A stretch of 64,000 nt of DNA, from contig JAFWNQ010000010.1 of the NCBI GenBank assembly GCA_017510245.1, positions 7,178 to 71,177 of the forward strand. The letters are read 5' to 3'. Made by a program: the position numbers and the translations under genes. Shown one piece after another: positions 10,142-19,554 of this stretch (positions are counted from its first letter, which is position 1; each line of letters opens with the position of its first letter). Below the pieces are notes generated by a model. It did not search any database. It was given only the letters and a program-made list of their open reading frames with translations, and was not told the origin of the DNA. The stretch is from Clostridia bacterium. Lineage in GTDB: Bacteria > Bacillota > Clostridia > TANB77 > CAG-508.

Positions 10142-11083
10142 ATGTTCGAAGAAAAATATGATTTTTATAGTCCTAGCAATGTTAGGCTGAAGGATTTAGA
10201 TAGAGAACTAAAAAGTAGTTTAACTGTAATGAATAAATTAGATGATATGACAAAACAACATTGTTTAAATGTTTCTAATTTATGTACAAGAATTTGTCAA
10301 TATATGCGTGAAAACAATCAATTTACAATTCACTGTATGATTGCTGGCTATGTTCATGATGTAGGAAAAATGTATATTCCTAGAGAAATTTTAGCTAAAC
10401 CCGGAAAATTGACAGATGAAGAATTTGAAATAATGAAAACTCACACAACTTTAGGTTATGAATATTGTATGAATGATCCTAATTTAAGACCTTACCACGA
10501 TGGTCCTTGGTATCATCATGAATCACTTAATGGTACTGGATATCCTAGAGGGCTTAGAGGAAAGAATGCAATACCTTATTCTGCACAGATTATACGTGTT
10601 GCAGATGAATATGATGCCTTAGTAACTAAAAGACACTATACAACTCACGTTAATATTTCTGAAACTCTAAAAGACTTGATTAAAGATGCTCAACCTCCAA
10701 AGCCTGTTGTTGCATTAGATATTCTTAAGCAAAATGAGCGTTTAGGAAAAATCAATCCTAAACCTTTAAGAGCTCTTTTCAAAGCAGTTATCAGTGACAT
10801 TAATTATGAAATAAGTTGTGTTATGAATTATACTAGATACTTAGAATCGGAAATTGATAGACTCATGTCAATTCAAAGATATGCTCAAAAAAGAGATGAA
10901 TCTAGAAGACCAGATAGAAAAGATTATTATGCTGCTGGTATGAAAGTACTATTAAAATCTGGAGAAACAATATACAATTATCAACAAATTCTTCAAGAGT
11001 ATAGAAATGCTCTTGTTGTTCGTAATAAAAGAATTGAAGATTTAAAAAAGGAAATTAGAATAGTAAAAAGATTAAGAGTATAA
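10142..11083 (+). CDS. HD-GYP domain protein (putative c-di-GMP phosphodiesterase) with coiled-coil tail
   Basis: GYVHDVGK (HD) and HHESLNGTGYPRG (GYP) motifs. Start placed at the ATG at 10142, behind aaaggagaag. Confidence 0.8.
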   Translation: MFEEKYDFYSPSNVRLKDLDRELKSSLTVMNKLDDMTKQHCLNVSNLCTRICQYMRENNQFTIHCMIAGYVHDVGKMYIPREILAKPGKLTDEEFEIMKTHTTLGYEYCMNDPNLRPYHDGPWYHHESLNGTGYPRGLRGKNAIPYSAQIIRVADEYDALVTKRHYTTHVNISETLKDLIKDAQPPKPVVALDILKQNERLGKINPKPLRALFKAVISDINYEISCVMNYTRYLESEIDRLMSIQRYAQKRDESRRPDRKDYYAAGMKVLLKSGETIYNYQQILQEYRNALVVRNKRIEDLKKEIRIVKRLRV

Positions 11084-11099
11084 CTCTTAATCTTTTTTC

Positions 11100-11447
11100 T
11101 TATTCTAATCCAAAACTTACACCTAAGGCATTATTTATTTTTTTTATAGTTACCTTATCTTCTATGTGTCCTATTTTTTCTCTTAGTCTACTTTTATCTA
11201 TAGTTCTTATTTGTTCTGTTAATATAACTGAGTCAGTTTTCAAACCAAAATTTTTTGAGCCTATTGCAATGTGAGTTGGTAATCTTGTTTTTCCAAGTTG
11301 AGATGTTATCGCTGCTGTAATTACCGTAGGGCTGTATTTGTTCCCCATATCATTCTGTACTATTAGAACTGGTCTTATTCCCCCCTGTTCTGATCCTACT
11401 ACAGGACTTAAGTCTGCGTAAAACATATCTCCTCTTTTGATGTTCAT
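11100..11447 (-). CDS. mazF: MazF/EndoA-type endoribonuclease toxin
   Basis: [36 protein letters not shown]...LPTHIAI...[17 protein letters not shown] is colinear with Bacillus EndoA/MazF. Start taken at the ATG at 11447. Confidence 0.85.
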   Translation of the reverse strand: MNIKRGDMFYADLSPVVGSEQGGIRPVLIVQNDMGNKYSPTVITAAITSQLGKTRLPTHIAIGSKNFGLKTDSVILTEQIRTIDKSRLREKIGHIEDKVTIKKINNALGVSFGLE

Positions 11448-11527
11448 CTTACAATATTTCCTCCAATAATTCAAATACTTATAAATAATAATTTTTTTAT
11501 TATTTAAATAAGAGATGATGTGTCATA

Positions 11528-12157
11528 CTAAATTTTATTTAATTCGATCTCATTATATACTATGTAAACTCTCTTTTTATTGTTAATATCTTGTATTTCC
11601 ATGTAAATAGGCTTCATAGTTTGTTTATTAATCTTCAGTCTTTTTATACTGTTATAAACACTATTGTTTTCTAAAAGTTCAATTATTACTGTTTCTTCTT
11701 CATCAATAGTTTTTGCTGTATCCATCTTTTTATATTGCTCTATAAAATCTGTTAAGAATAGAATATTATTAGATACATATGGATAGTCTTCATATATTTT
11801 ACTAGCACTTATTTTTGAATTTTGAATTTTTAAAGTCGAATTTTCATATGTGAATTCAACATTTGCAATATTCTCTGGCTCAGTAACTATTTGTTTTGCA
11901 TAGTTCTCCCTAACTTCTTGTATTATTTTATATCTATTTTCGTTCTTGTTGCTTATTATTGTCACATCTATATTTGCTTTATATGAATTAACATTTAGTA
12001 AAAACTTTTCAATCTCTTCATTACTTTTATTATTACCAACAATTTTATATTTATTATTATTTTTCAAATTAATAGAACTCAAAATATAAAATAAAAAAAA
12101 TACTAATGTAATTACAATTATTAGTGTTAATATTATAATTTTAATATTTTTCTTCAT
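11528..12157 (-). CDS. Membrane-anchored hypothetical protein (possibly LolA-like/DUF4367-like fold)
   Basis: N-terminal TM followed by a beta-rich soluble domain. No diagnostic motif was recognised. Confidence 0.4.
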   Translation of the reverse strand: MKKNIKIIILTLIIVITLVFFLFYILSSINLKNNNKYKIVGNNKSNEEIEKFLLNVNSYKANIDVTIISNKNENRYKIIQEVRENYAKQIVTEPENIANVEFTYENSTLKIQNSKISASKIYEDYPYVSNNILFLTDFIEQYKKMDTAKTIDEEETVIIELLENNSVYNSIKRLKINKQTMKPIYMEIQDINNKKRVYIVYNEIELNKI

Positions 12158-12253
12158 AAACTTTATTCCTTTCTTCTTCCCTGTTGCAAAAAAAATTTAG
12201 CAATAATAATATTGCTAAATTATATTAATAATAAATATAATTATGTATTAATT

Positions 12254-13213
12254 TTATCCCAGTTTTTGAATTAGAATATTTTTCACATCTGTAACTGAGT
12301 CTAAATGATTAATTGTATTTCTCAGTTCAGAAGCATTTCTCTCTCCTTTAATGTAAAAACATAGATGTTTTCTTAATTCCTTTACTCCCCTTTCTTCTCC
12401 TTTTTCTTCAATCTCTAAATCTATATGTTTTAACATTACCCTAAGCTTTTCATCTCTTGTGATATCACCATATTCTCCTGTATTCAAATACTCATTTATC
12501 TGTTTAAAAATCCATGGATTGCCTAGTGTAGCTCTTGAAATCATTATTCCGTCGCATCCTGTTTGTTCAAACATTTTTTTTGCATCTTCAGGTGTTTTAA
12601 CATCACCATTTCCCACTACTGGTATTTCAACATTTTCTTTAACTTCTTTGATTATGTTCCAATCAGCATTTCCCGTATAGTATTCATTTCTAGTTCTTCC
12701 ATGAACTGTTATCAGTTTTGCACCTGCATCTTGAATTGCCTTTGCAATATCAGTAGCAACAATATTGTTTTTATCCCATCCTTTTCTTATCTTTACTGTT
12801 ACAGGAATATTTGAATTATTAACTACTACTTCAACTATTCTTTTAGCTTTTTCAATATCTAATAGCAAGCTACTTCCATCTCCATTCTTTACCACTTTAG
12901 GAGCAGGGCATCCCATATTTATGTCTATAATGTCTGCTAATTTATTATCACTTATATACTTTGCACTATATGCCATAGATTCATCATCACTACCAAATAT
13001 TTGAACTGCAATAGGATGTTTTTCTCCTTCTGTATTCATCAACTGTTTTGTTTTTGTATCATTATATAGTAATGCTTTTGCACTCACCATTTCTGTAACA
13101 ACCAATCCTGGTTCATACTCCTCACAAATAATTCTATATGGCCTATCAGTAAAACCAGCCATAGGACCAAGTATTATGTTATTATTTAATTCTATATCTC
13201 CTATTTTTAACAT
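12254..13213 (-). CDS. dusB: tRNA-dihydrouridine synthase
   Basis: LGPMAGFTDRPYR..., ...DINMGCPAPKV..., ...ITVHGRTR... are Dus family signatures. Confidence 0.9.
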   Translation of the reverse strand: MLKIGDIELNNNIILGPMAGFTDRPYRIICEEYEPGLVVTEMVSAKALLYNDTKTKQLMNTEGEKHPIAVQIFGSDDESMAYSAKYISDNKLADIIDINMGCPAPKVVKNGDGSSLLLDIEKAKRIVEVVVNNSNIPVTVKIRKGWDKNNIVATDIAKAIQDAGAKLITVHGRTRNEYYTGNADWNIIKEVKENVEIPVVGNGDVKTPEDAKKMFEQTGCDGIMISRATLGNPWIFKQINEYLNTGEYGDITRDEKLRVMLKHIDLEIEEKGEERGVKELRKHLCFYIKGERNASELRNTINHLDSVTDVKNILIQKLG

Positions 13214-13261
13214 AGTTTCTCCTCACAACAAATGGGACTTTAGGTTTGTTCCCAAGTCCCA

Positions 13262-14377
13262 CTACATAAATATCGATTTTTGTCTTCTTCCACTTATATT
13301 TAATAATAATGCTATCATTATTAAATTGCTTAATAGTGAGCTTCCACCATAGCTTACAAATGGTAATGGTACACCAGTAATCGGCAATAATCCAATGGTC
13401 ATACCTATATTTTCTGTCATATGAAATAAAAAAATACCTGCAATTCCACTAGCTATCATTGCTCCCAAGTCATCCTTCGCTGTTTTAGCAACTGTAATAG
13501 CCTTTGTAATCAGAACAACATATAGAATAATTATCGCTGCTGCAAAAACAAATCCAAGTTCTTCTCCTATTACTGAGAAAATAAAGTCTGTTGATTTTGG
13601 ATATAAAAAACCTAATTGAGTTTGATTACCTTTTAGATAACCCATTCCCCAAAGTTCGCCAGCTCCAATAGCCAATTTAGATTGAGTTAGATTATATCCT
13701 GCACCTCTAGGGTCTATATCTGGATTTAGAAAAACGTCAATTCTAGTTTTTGCGTGTTCTGGTAGAACAAACATATATAATAGAGGAACTGCAATTACCA
13801 CTGTAAGAATTCCAGTAATTATATATGCTTTATTTATTCCTCCTGTATATAGCATTACCACAAACGCAAGTATAAAAGCCATTGCTGTACCATAGTCTGG
13901 CTGTTTAATAATTAGAGCTAAAGGTACACCAACTATTATAAATAGTAATATTAATCTAGTAATTCTATTTATCTCTCTTTTTCCACCTTTTTGCTTCATT
14001 CTAGACATAACCATTGCTAAAAACAAAATGGTAATTATTTTTGCAAATTCAGATGGCTGAATTGAAAATGATCCTAATGTAAACCAGCTAGTAGCACCTG
14101 AAATAGGTGTTGTAAACAATACTGCTACAAGAGATATTAACATCACACCATACAGTATAGGTGAAATTTTAGCAATAGTGTCATATTCCATTATTGTTAT
14201 AAAAATAACAAATGGTATACTAACTACAATCCATATTATTTGTTTTGTAAACTCTGTAAGTTCTTCTTGATTAGCATTTAAATTTGCCGAGTAAATAGCA
14301 AATAATCCAATAGCCAGTAAAAATATTGTACATATCAATATTGACCAATCAATATTTTTAAATAATCTCTTTTTCAT
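13262..14377 (-). CDS. rodA: Rod-shape-determining SEDS protein RodA
   Basis: FtsW/RodA/SpoVE family (QPSEFAKI, ...PDYGTA..., PLPFVSYGGSS), positioned directly after minD-minE. Confidence 0.85.
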   Translation of the reverse strand: MKKRLFKNIDWSILICTIFLLAIGLFAIYSANLNANQEELTEFTKQIIWIVVSIPFVIFITIMEYDTIAKISPILYGVMLISLVAVLFTTPISGATSWFTLGSFSIQPSEFAKIITILFLAMVMSRMKQKGGKREINRITRLILLFIIVGVPLALIIKQPDYGTAMAFILAFVVMLYTGGINKAYIITGILTVVIAVPLLYMFVLPEHAKTRIDVFLNPDIDPRGAGYNLTQSKLAIGAGELWGMGYLKGNQTQLGFLYPKSTDFIFSVIGEELGFVFAAAIIILYVVLITKAITVAKTAKDDLGAMIASGIAGIFLFHMTENIGMTIGLLPITGVPLPFVSYGGSSLLSNLIMIALLLNISGRRQKSIFM

Positions 14378-14396
14378 TCCTATCCTCTATACAAAA

Positions 14397-15125
14397 CTAT
14401 TCTTCCGTTTTATTTGTGTCTGTATCATCTTCTACTGAAATATTCTCAAAGAATGTTGTACTTTTCTTAGTTTCCTTTGTTTTTGTCTTTTTTTTCTTTC
14501 CTTTATTTTTATTATCTTTTTTAGGCATGTCTTTTTTTTCTTCTTGCTTAACTTTTTCTACATCATCATCATTTTCGACATTCTTAGTATCTGTTTTATC
14601 ATCTTCTACTTCTTTTTCTTCTATTATTTCCTCATCTTTTTCTATAGTTTCAACTGTTGCTTCATTTTCAACTGTTGTTTCAAGTATTTCAGCATTTTCA
14701 TCTTTTTCGATTATTTCGTCTTGCTTATTATCTATATTTTCAACTTTTTCTTCACTTTCTATACTACTTTCTTCATCTTTCTTATCGTCACTAATATTTG
14801 ATTTTGCATCTTTATTAGTTTTCATTCTAATTTCTTTCTTTATACTCTTTATTGGAATATTAGCATATAATGCTGGTGCACCTGTAGTTCCATCGCCATT
14901 TAATTTATTAGTAAGTTTCACATCTATTTGTTCTTCATCTACATCTATATATTTCTTTATTACATCAATAATTTCTTGTTTCATTAAATCTAAAAAGTCA
15001 GCTGAAACATTTGCTCTATCTTGCATTAAAACTAAATGTAATCTCTCTTTTGCTTTTTCTTTATTTACTTTTTCTTCCTTATTTTTATCTCTCTTCTTGA
15101 AAATACTCAATAAATTATCAAACAT
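14397..15125 (-). CDS. minE: Cell division topological specificity factor MinE with a ~140-aa acidic/Lys-rich C-terminal extension
   Basis: The first ~95 aa (KEKAKERLHLVLMQDRANVSADFLDLMKQEIIDVIKKYIDVDEEQIDVKL...LYANIPI) are canonical MinE. The remainder is E/D/K low complexity. Confidence 0.85.
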   Translation of the reverse strand: MFDNLLSIFKKRDKNKEEKVNKEKAKERLHLVLMQDRANVSADFLDLMKQEIIDVIKKYIDVDEEQIDVKLTNKLNGDGTTGAPALYANIPIKSIKKEIRMKTNKDAKSNISDDKKDEESSIESEEKVENIDNKQDEIIEKDENAEILETTVENEATVETIEKDEEIIEEKEVEDDKTDTKNVENDDDVEKVKQEEKKDMPKKDNKNKGKKKKTKTKETKKSTTFFENISVEDDTDTNKTEE

Positions 15126-15143
15126 TCTTATCCTCCATCATTA

Positions 15144-15938
15144 TTATTTTTTGAATACGCTTTTTATCTTTCCCCATAAGCCATCTTGTTTTCTTCCTGG
15201 AATTGTAACCTCAACATTTTCTCCTAATATTCTCCTTGCAATCTCTATATAAGCTTTTCCTGATGGAGCTTTTTTGTTTGATACTGCTGGTTCTCCCTTA
15301 TTAGTTTGAGTAATAATATTCTCATCTTCTGGAACAACTCCTATCAAGTCGATTGATAGGAGGTCTAGTATATCTTCTACATCCATCATTTCACCCTTTT
15401 TAACCATTTCAGGTCTTAAACGATTAATAATAAGTTATGGATTTCTAATTTCTGATGCTTCAAGTAATCCTATTATTCTATCAGCATCTCTAATCGAAGA
15501 TATTTCAGCATTAGTAACAACAAGTGCTCTATTAGCACCAGATATTGCATTTTTAAATCCTTGCTCAATTCCTGCTGGGCAATCTATTAATATAAAGTCA
15601 AATTCTTCTTTCAATTTTGTAGTCAAATCTCTCATTTGTTCTTCATTTACTGCGCTCTTATCTCTAGTTTGGGCTGCTGGTAATAAAAACAAATCTGGAT
15701 ATCTTTTATCCTTTATAAGTGCTTGTCTAAGTTTACATTTTTCTTCTACAACATCAACAATGTCATATACTATTCTATTTTCAAGGCCCATAACGACATC
15801 GAGGTTTCTTAAACCTATATCTGTATCTACTAATACGACTTTTCTTCCTTTCATCGCTAAGGCCGCACCTAGATTGGCTGTAGTTGTAGTTTTTCCTACT
15901 CCGCCTTTTCCAGATGTTACGACTATAACTTCACCCAT
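15144..15938 (-). pseudogene. minD: Septum site-determining ATPase MinD interrupted by an in-frame TAA
   Basis: Track ORFs 15435-16007 and 15144-15407 are in the same frame and separated only by TAA at 15435-15437. The joined product is ...LLEASEIRNP*LIINRLRPEMVKKGEMM..., colinear with MinD. It keeps GKGGVGKTT and the C-terminal amphipathic helix GLWGKIKSVFKK. ATG at 15938 sits behind aaggaggag. Confidence 0.85.
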
Positions 15939-15966
15939 AACTCTCCTCCTTGCATAATCTTTTTCT

Positions 15967-15995
15967 ATTATATTTATATTTTCATAAAAAGTCAA
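15967..15995 (-). promoter_or_regulatory. Strong sigma-A-type promoter of minD
   Basis: On the minus strand: TTGACT (15995-15990), 17 nt, TATAAT (15972-15967). Confidence 0.6.
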
Positions 15996-16040
15996 TGAAA
16001 AAGACAAATTTATTGCAAAAATATTTCAAAATTATTACAA

Positions 16041-16071
16041 AAAAATGTCTTACTTTAAGTAAGACATTTTT
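16041..16071. terminator. Intrinsic terminator after the SSB-like gene
   Basis: 13-bp stem aaaaatgtcttac / gtaagacattttt with a 5-nt loop and flanking A/T runs. Confidence 0.7.
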
Positions 16072-16102
16072 TACGTAATATGAGAAATTAAATAATACGC
16101 TA

Positions 16103-16834
16103 TTATACATTGCTTTCTTCAACAGCAACATTTTCTGTATCTACATCATTTGCTACTGTTGTTTCGCTTTCTATTTCTTCATTATTTTCATTATCTTCAA
16201 TTAATTCTAAATTTGCAATTGAAACTTCGTAAGCCACTTTTTGTTCTACTGTTCCATCTTCATATTTCTTTTCATACATTCTTGATTGAATTCTACCAGT
16301 AATTTTAACTTCAGTTCCAACTCCCATTTTTGAGCAAAATCTTGCATTTCTTCCCCAACATATACAAGGAATATAATCTGACTTATTATAAGCTCTATTA
16401 ACTGCAAGTAATAAATCTGTTATTTCTCTTCCAAATGGTGTTTGCCTATATATAGGAGCTTTGCAAATATATCCAATAAGTACTATTTCATTCGAAACGA
16501 AATCTTTGCTTGCTACTATCTCTTCTTCGCTTTCAATAAATTCTACATCTTTCGCAAATACAGTTAATATTAGTTTGTTCTTTTCTCCTTCATAACTATT
16601 ATATGATCTAAATTGTCCTGAAACTTTCATTTTTTGATCAATTGCTAAGTCATCCTCTTTAAATAATCTTTCTGATATTGTTACAGGAATAATATCTGCA
16701 TTTCCACTTAGACGTGGTACACTTAAATCAAAAGAATAGAATTTTTCTCCATATATCTCATGACTAAACTTCTTTTCATTTGCAACTTTACCAACTAATG
16801 TTACATTATTGTTCTCTAAAAAATTTGTTTCCAA
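16103..16834 (-). CDS. SSB-like protein with two tandem OB-fold halves and an acidic tail
   Basis: Two internally similar ~100-aa halves: NVTLVGKV...FDLSVPRLSGNADIIPV...VSGQFRS and EIVLIGYI...LLLAVNRAYNKSDYIPC...ITGRIQS. The tail is Asp/Glu-rich. Confidence 0.55.
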   Translation of the reverse strand: METNFLENNNVTLVGKVANEKKFSHEIYGEKFYSFDLSVPRLSGNADIIPVTISERLFKEDDLAIDQKMKVSGQFRSYNSYEGEKNKLILTVFAKDVEFIESEEEIVASKDFVSNEIVLIGYICKAPIYRQTPFGREITDLLLAVNRAYNKSDYIPCICWGRNARFCSKMGVGTEVKITGRIQSRMYEKKYEDGTVEQKVAYEVSIANLELIEDNENNEEIESETTVANDVDTENVAVEESNV

Positions 16835-16975
16835 TTTTATCTTCCTCCCTTAATAATTGTTATCCAAAGTGCTTCTCTTTATTTGTAAACTAATATATAT
16901 TATACAACATTTTTTCTCGTTTGTCTACATAAAATGTTAAAAAACTTTTATTTTTGTAATATTTTTGTAATATTT

Positions 16976-17188
16976 CTAATTTTCTCCAATTGTATTTCTT
17001 TCATTTATAGAATTATTATCACTTATTTCTATCATATTTTGATTATTATTAATTATTACATTTGATGATGTATGTAGTATTTCATTATTTTTATTAGATA
17101 TGGCTACAGACATTACAAATAAAAGTGCAACTGTACTAAATGAAACCAAATAAGAAATAATTTTATCCTTGTTTATAACCATAAACAT
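16976..17188 (-). CDS. Small single-TM hypothetical protein
   Basis: 70-aa ORF with one hydrophobic helix. No homology recognised. Confidence 0.35.
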   Translation of the reverse strand: MFMVINKDKIISYLVSFSTVALLFVMSVAISNKNNEILHTSSNVIINNNQNMIEISDNNSINERNTIGEN

Positions 17189-17237
17189 ATTAATAATTCC
17201 TCCATTTAATTAATATGCTTATTTTTTAATATTATTA

Positions 17238-17708
17238 CTAGATTAATCTATCTTTTTCTGTTTCAAATTCGCAACCACAATTTTTGCATTTTCCACCTAG
17301 TTTTATATACTTATACTTTTTAGTCTTTTTTATTTTAAACTTTAAAATATTCTTTGTGTATTTTGTTTCTCTAATCCTTCTTTCAGTTTTTACCCATGCG
17401 ATACTATTCCATTTTTTACAACTTGGGCATGTTCTAGAACTACAGTCTCCTCCCCATAATACTAAAAACATGAATATACCAAATGCAACTAATACTACTA
17501 TGTTCTGTAGTATAATATATATAATTCCAGCAGCAATTGCTAAAAATAAAGGTGTTATATATTGAATTATCATTCTTATTCTTGTTTCTTTTTCGTTTTC
17601 CTTTATCTCATCTTTACCTAGTTTCTTCCCTTTTTTTAATATCTCAATGTTTTTATTAAAACTATTCTTCATATCTAAACAATTCCTTTTTTCTTTTAAT
17701 AATATCAT
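17238..17708 (-). CDS. Membrane protein with C-terminal zinc-ribbon (CxxC...CxxC)
   Basis: Two TM helices, then CPSCKKW...CKNCGC. The true start may be the internal ATG at 17672 (MKNSF...). Confidence 0.45.
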   Translation of the reverse strand: MILLKEKRNCLDMKNSFNKNIEILKKGKKLGKDEIKENEKETRIRMIIQYITPLFLAIAAGIIYIILQNIVVLVAFGIFMFLVLWGGDCSSRTCPSCKKWNSIAWVKTERRIRETKYTKNILKFKIKKTKKYKYIKLGGKCKNCGCEFETEKDRLI

Positions 17709-17752
17709 AAATAACTGTTTTTAACAACCTACTAAGATATTAGCATCATAAT

Positions 17753-17777
17753 AAAAATCCGGTTAAACCGGATTTTT
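17753..17777 (-). terminator. Intrinsic terminator
   Basis: aaaaatccggt taa accggattttt: 11-bp perfect stem immediately at the stop of the 17776-19095 gene. Confidence 0.7.
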
Positions 17778-19095
17778 AGTTTATTTGAGTTCCACCCCAT
17801 TCTACTGCGACAAATCCCTTTCTTTTAGGAGTTACTATTTCTTGTTCTTTAACTTGTATAGGTTTTTCAAGACCTTTATATGTCATTAAAACTCTAATAA
17901 AGGAATCTGGCATTGGTTTTATTTCAATAGGCATATTCTTCTCAATTTCCTCTTTTGTAGCAAATCTTACATAGTTGTACTTATTACACTCTAACTTTGG
18001 TAACCAATATACAATAAATTCTTCTGCTTCTCTTTCTGATAGTCCAAGCCTAGCCAGTTTTTCCTCCAAGAAATCTATACTATCTTCTCCTTTTACTATA
18101 AACCCATCGTCTTGAATTGTATACTTATATTCATCTACACTTTCATAATAAAGTGAATATAGTTTTCTTCCACTATGTTTATATACTAGGTCTCCATTAT
18201 GATTAGCTATTACCTCCCATTTATTTTTATACTTAGGATATGAGCAAGAGATTAAATCATCTCTTAGTAATTTCACAGATACATTAGTTTTTCTAGTTGG
18301 ATATAAATAAATAATTGGTTTTAAAATTATAGCCTCTGGCATCTTTTTATTGACTTCATCTTCCTCAATTATTCTATTGAACTGTGAAACTGTATATGCA
18401 GACTTTGTGCTAATAGTACTTATTTTTTTCTTTGTGGGAATTACTATTACATAAGCTTTATTTGAATTATATTCATCATTAGACTCTTCATCTTGTATAT
18501 ACACATTCATGCAACTATTTTCATATGTGACTGCTGCTAATTGAGCATTCATAGAATTACCATTTATATTTTTGTAAAAAATAAACAAATACTTAAAATT
18601 TGAGTCAGTATACTTTTGTTTTATTTTTAATTTACTGCAAAGCTCTATATATTTATTATAATCAATTAATTCTTGACTGCATTCATCCATAAGACTAAGT
18701 ATTTTTTGATTATTACTAATATACTGTAAATCATATTCACCTTTATATTCATCTTTGATAATGTAATACTCATCTCCATAATGTTGTTTTATCTCAATTG
18801 TCTCTCTCAAAGGATATTCCTTTTCGTCAATTACATTATTCATATTTTCTGTAGTACTATTTTCAGTAGAGTTATCAGGAAAAATACCGCTTTTTTTTAT
18901 AATATTATCTGCCATCTCATTTTTTTCTTCTTCATTCTCAATATTACTTTTTATAATATTATTTTCTTTTATCAATAAACTCTTATTAATAACATTTATT
19001 GACAATACAATTATTGTAATTATTAATACCAAAAAGACAATTAAGATTAAAATTAAAGCTTTCAAATCTATTACTATTCTATTCTTTTCTTCCAT
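17776..19095 (-). CDS. Membrane-anchored hypothetical protein with a conserved-looking C-terminal domain
   Basis: N-terminal TM. The C-terminal ~190 aa (KPIIYLYPTRKTNVSVKL...YWLPKLECNKYNYVRF...) looks like a globular domain of unknown function. Start set at the ATG at 19095, behind ataggaggaa. Confidence 0.5.
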   Translation of the reverse strand: MEEKNRIVIDLKALILILIVFLVLIITIIVLSINVINKSLLIKENNIIKSNIENEEEKNEMADNIIKKSGIFPDNSTENSTTENMNNVIDEKEYPLRETIEIKQHYGDEYYIIKDEYKGEYDLQYISNNQKILSLMDECSQELIDYNKYIELCSKLKIKQKYTDSNFKYLFIFYKNINGNSMNAQLAAVTYENSCMNVYIQDEESNDEYNSNKAYVIVIPTKKKISTISTKSAYTVSQFNRIIEEDEVNKKMPEAIILKPIIYLYPTRKTNVSVKLLRDDLISCSYPKYKNKWEVIANHNGDLVYKHSGRKLYSLYYESVDEYKYTIQDDGFIVKGEDSIDFLEEKLARLGLSEREAEEFIVYWLPKLECNKYNYVRFATKEEIEKNMPIEIKPMPDSFIRVLMTYKGLEKPIQVKEQEIVTPKRKGFVAVEWGGTQIN

Positions 19096-19189
19096 TGTTA
19101 TTCCTCCTATTATTAATAGTAGCACATTCCATTCAATATTACAATAATCCTAGTATATTTTAACAGTTTTTAGATACAATAAAAGTACA

Positions 19190-19543
19190 ATGAAATTAAA
19201 AAAGATTTTTCTTGGTTTACTAATTGGCTTTGTTAGTGGATTTTTATCTTCTGGCGGTGGAATTTTAGCATTAATTGTCTTTTCACAAGTCTTAAAATTA
19301 CCAGAAAAAGAATCTCGTGCTATGACTATATTTTGTATGTTACCCATTGTATTATCAAGTTTAATTATATATAGCGATGCTAATTTTGTGAACGTTGAAT
19401 TAGGTATAATTTGTGCCATAGGTGGTTCGATTGGAGGTTTAATAGGTAGTATATTATTAGATAAAATCTCAGATAAAGCATTAAACATTATATTTATAGT
19501 TTTCTTATTATATTCATCATTTAATCTGTTTTTTTGCAAATAA
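19190..19543 (+). CDS. TauE/SafE (DUF81)-family membrane protein, N-terminal half-size gene
   Basis: Four TM helices with a GFLSSGGGILAL motif. About half the length of typical TauE proteins. Confidence 0.6.
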   Translation: MKLKKIFLGLLIGFVSGFLSSGGGILALIVFSQVLKLPEKESRAMTIFCMLPIVLSSLIIYSDANFVNVELGIICAIGGSIGGLIGSILLDKISDKALNIIFIVFLLYSSFNLFFCK

Positions 19544-19554
19544 TATATCAAATT

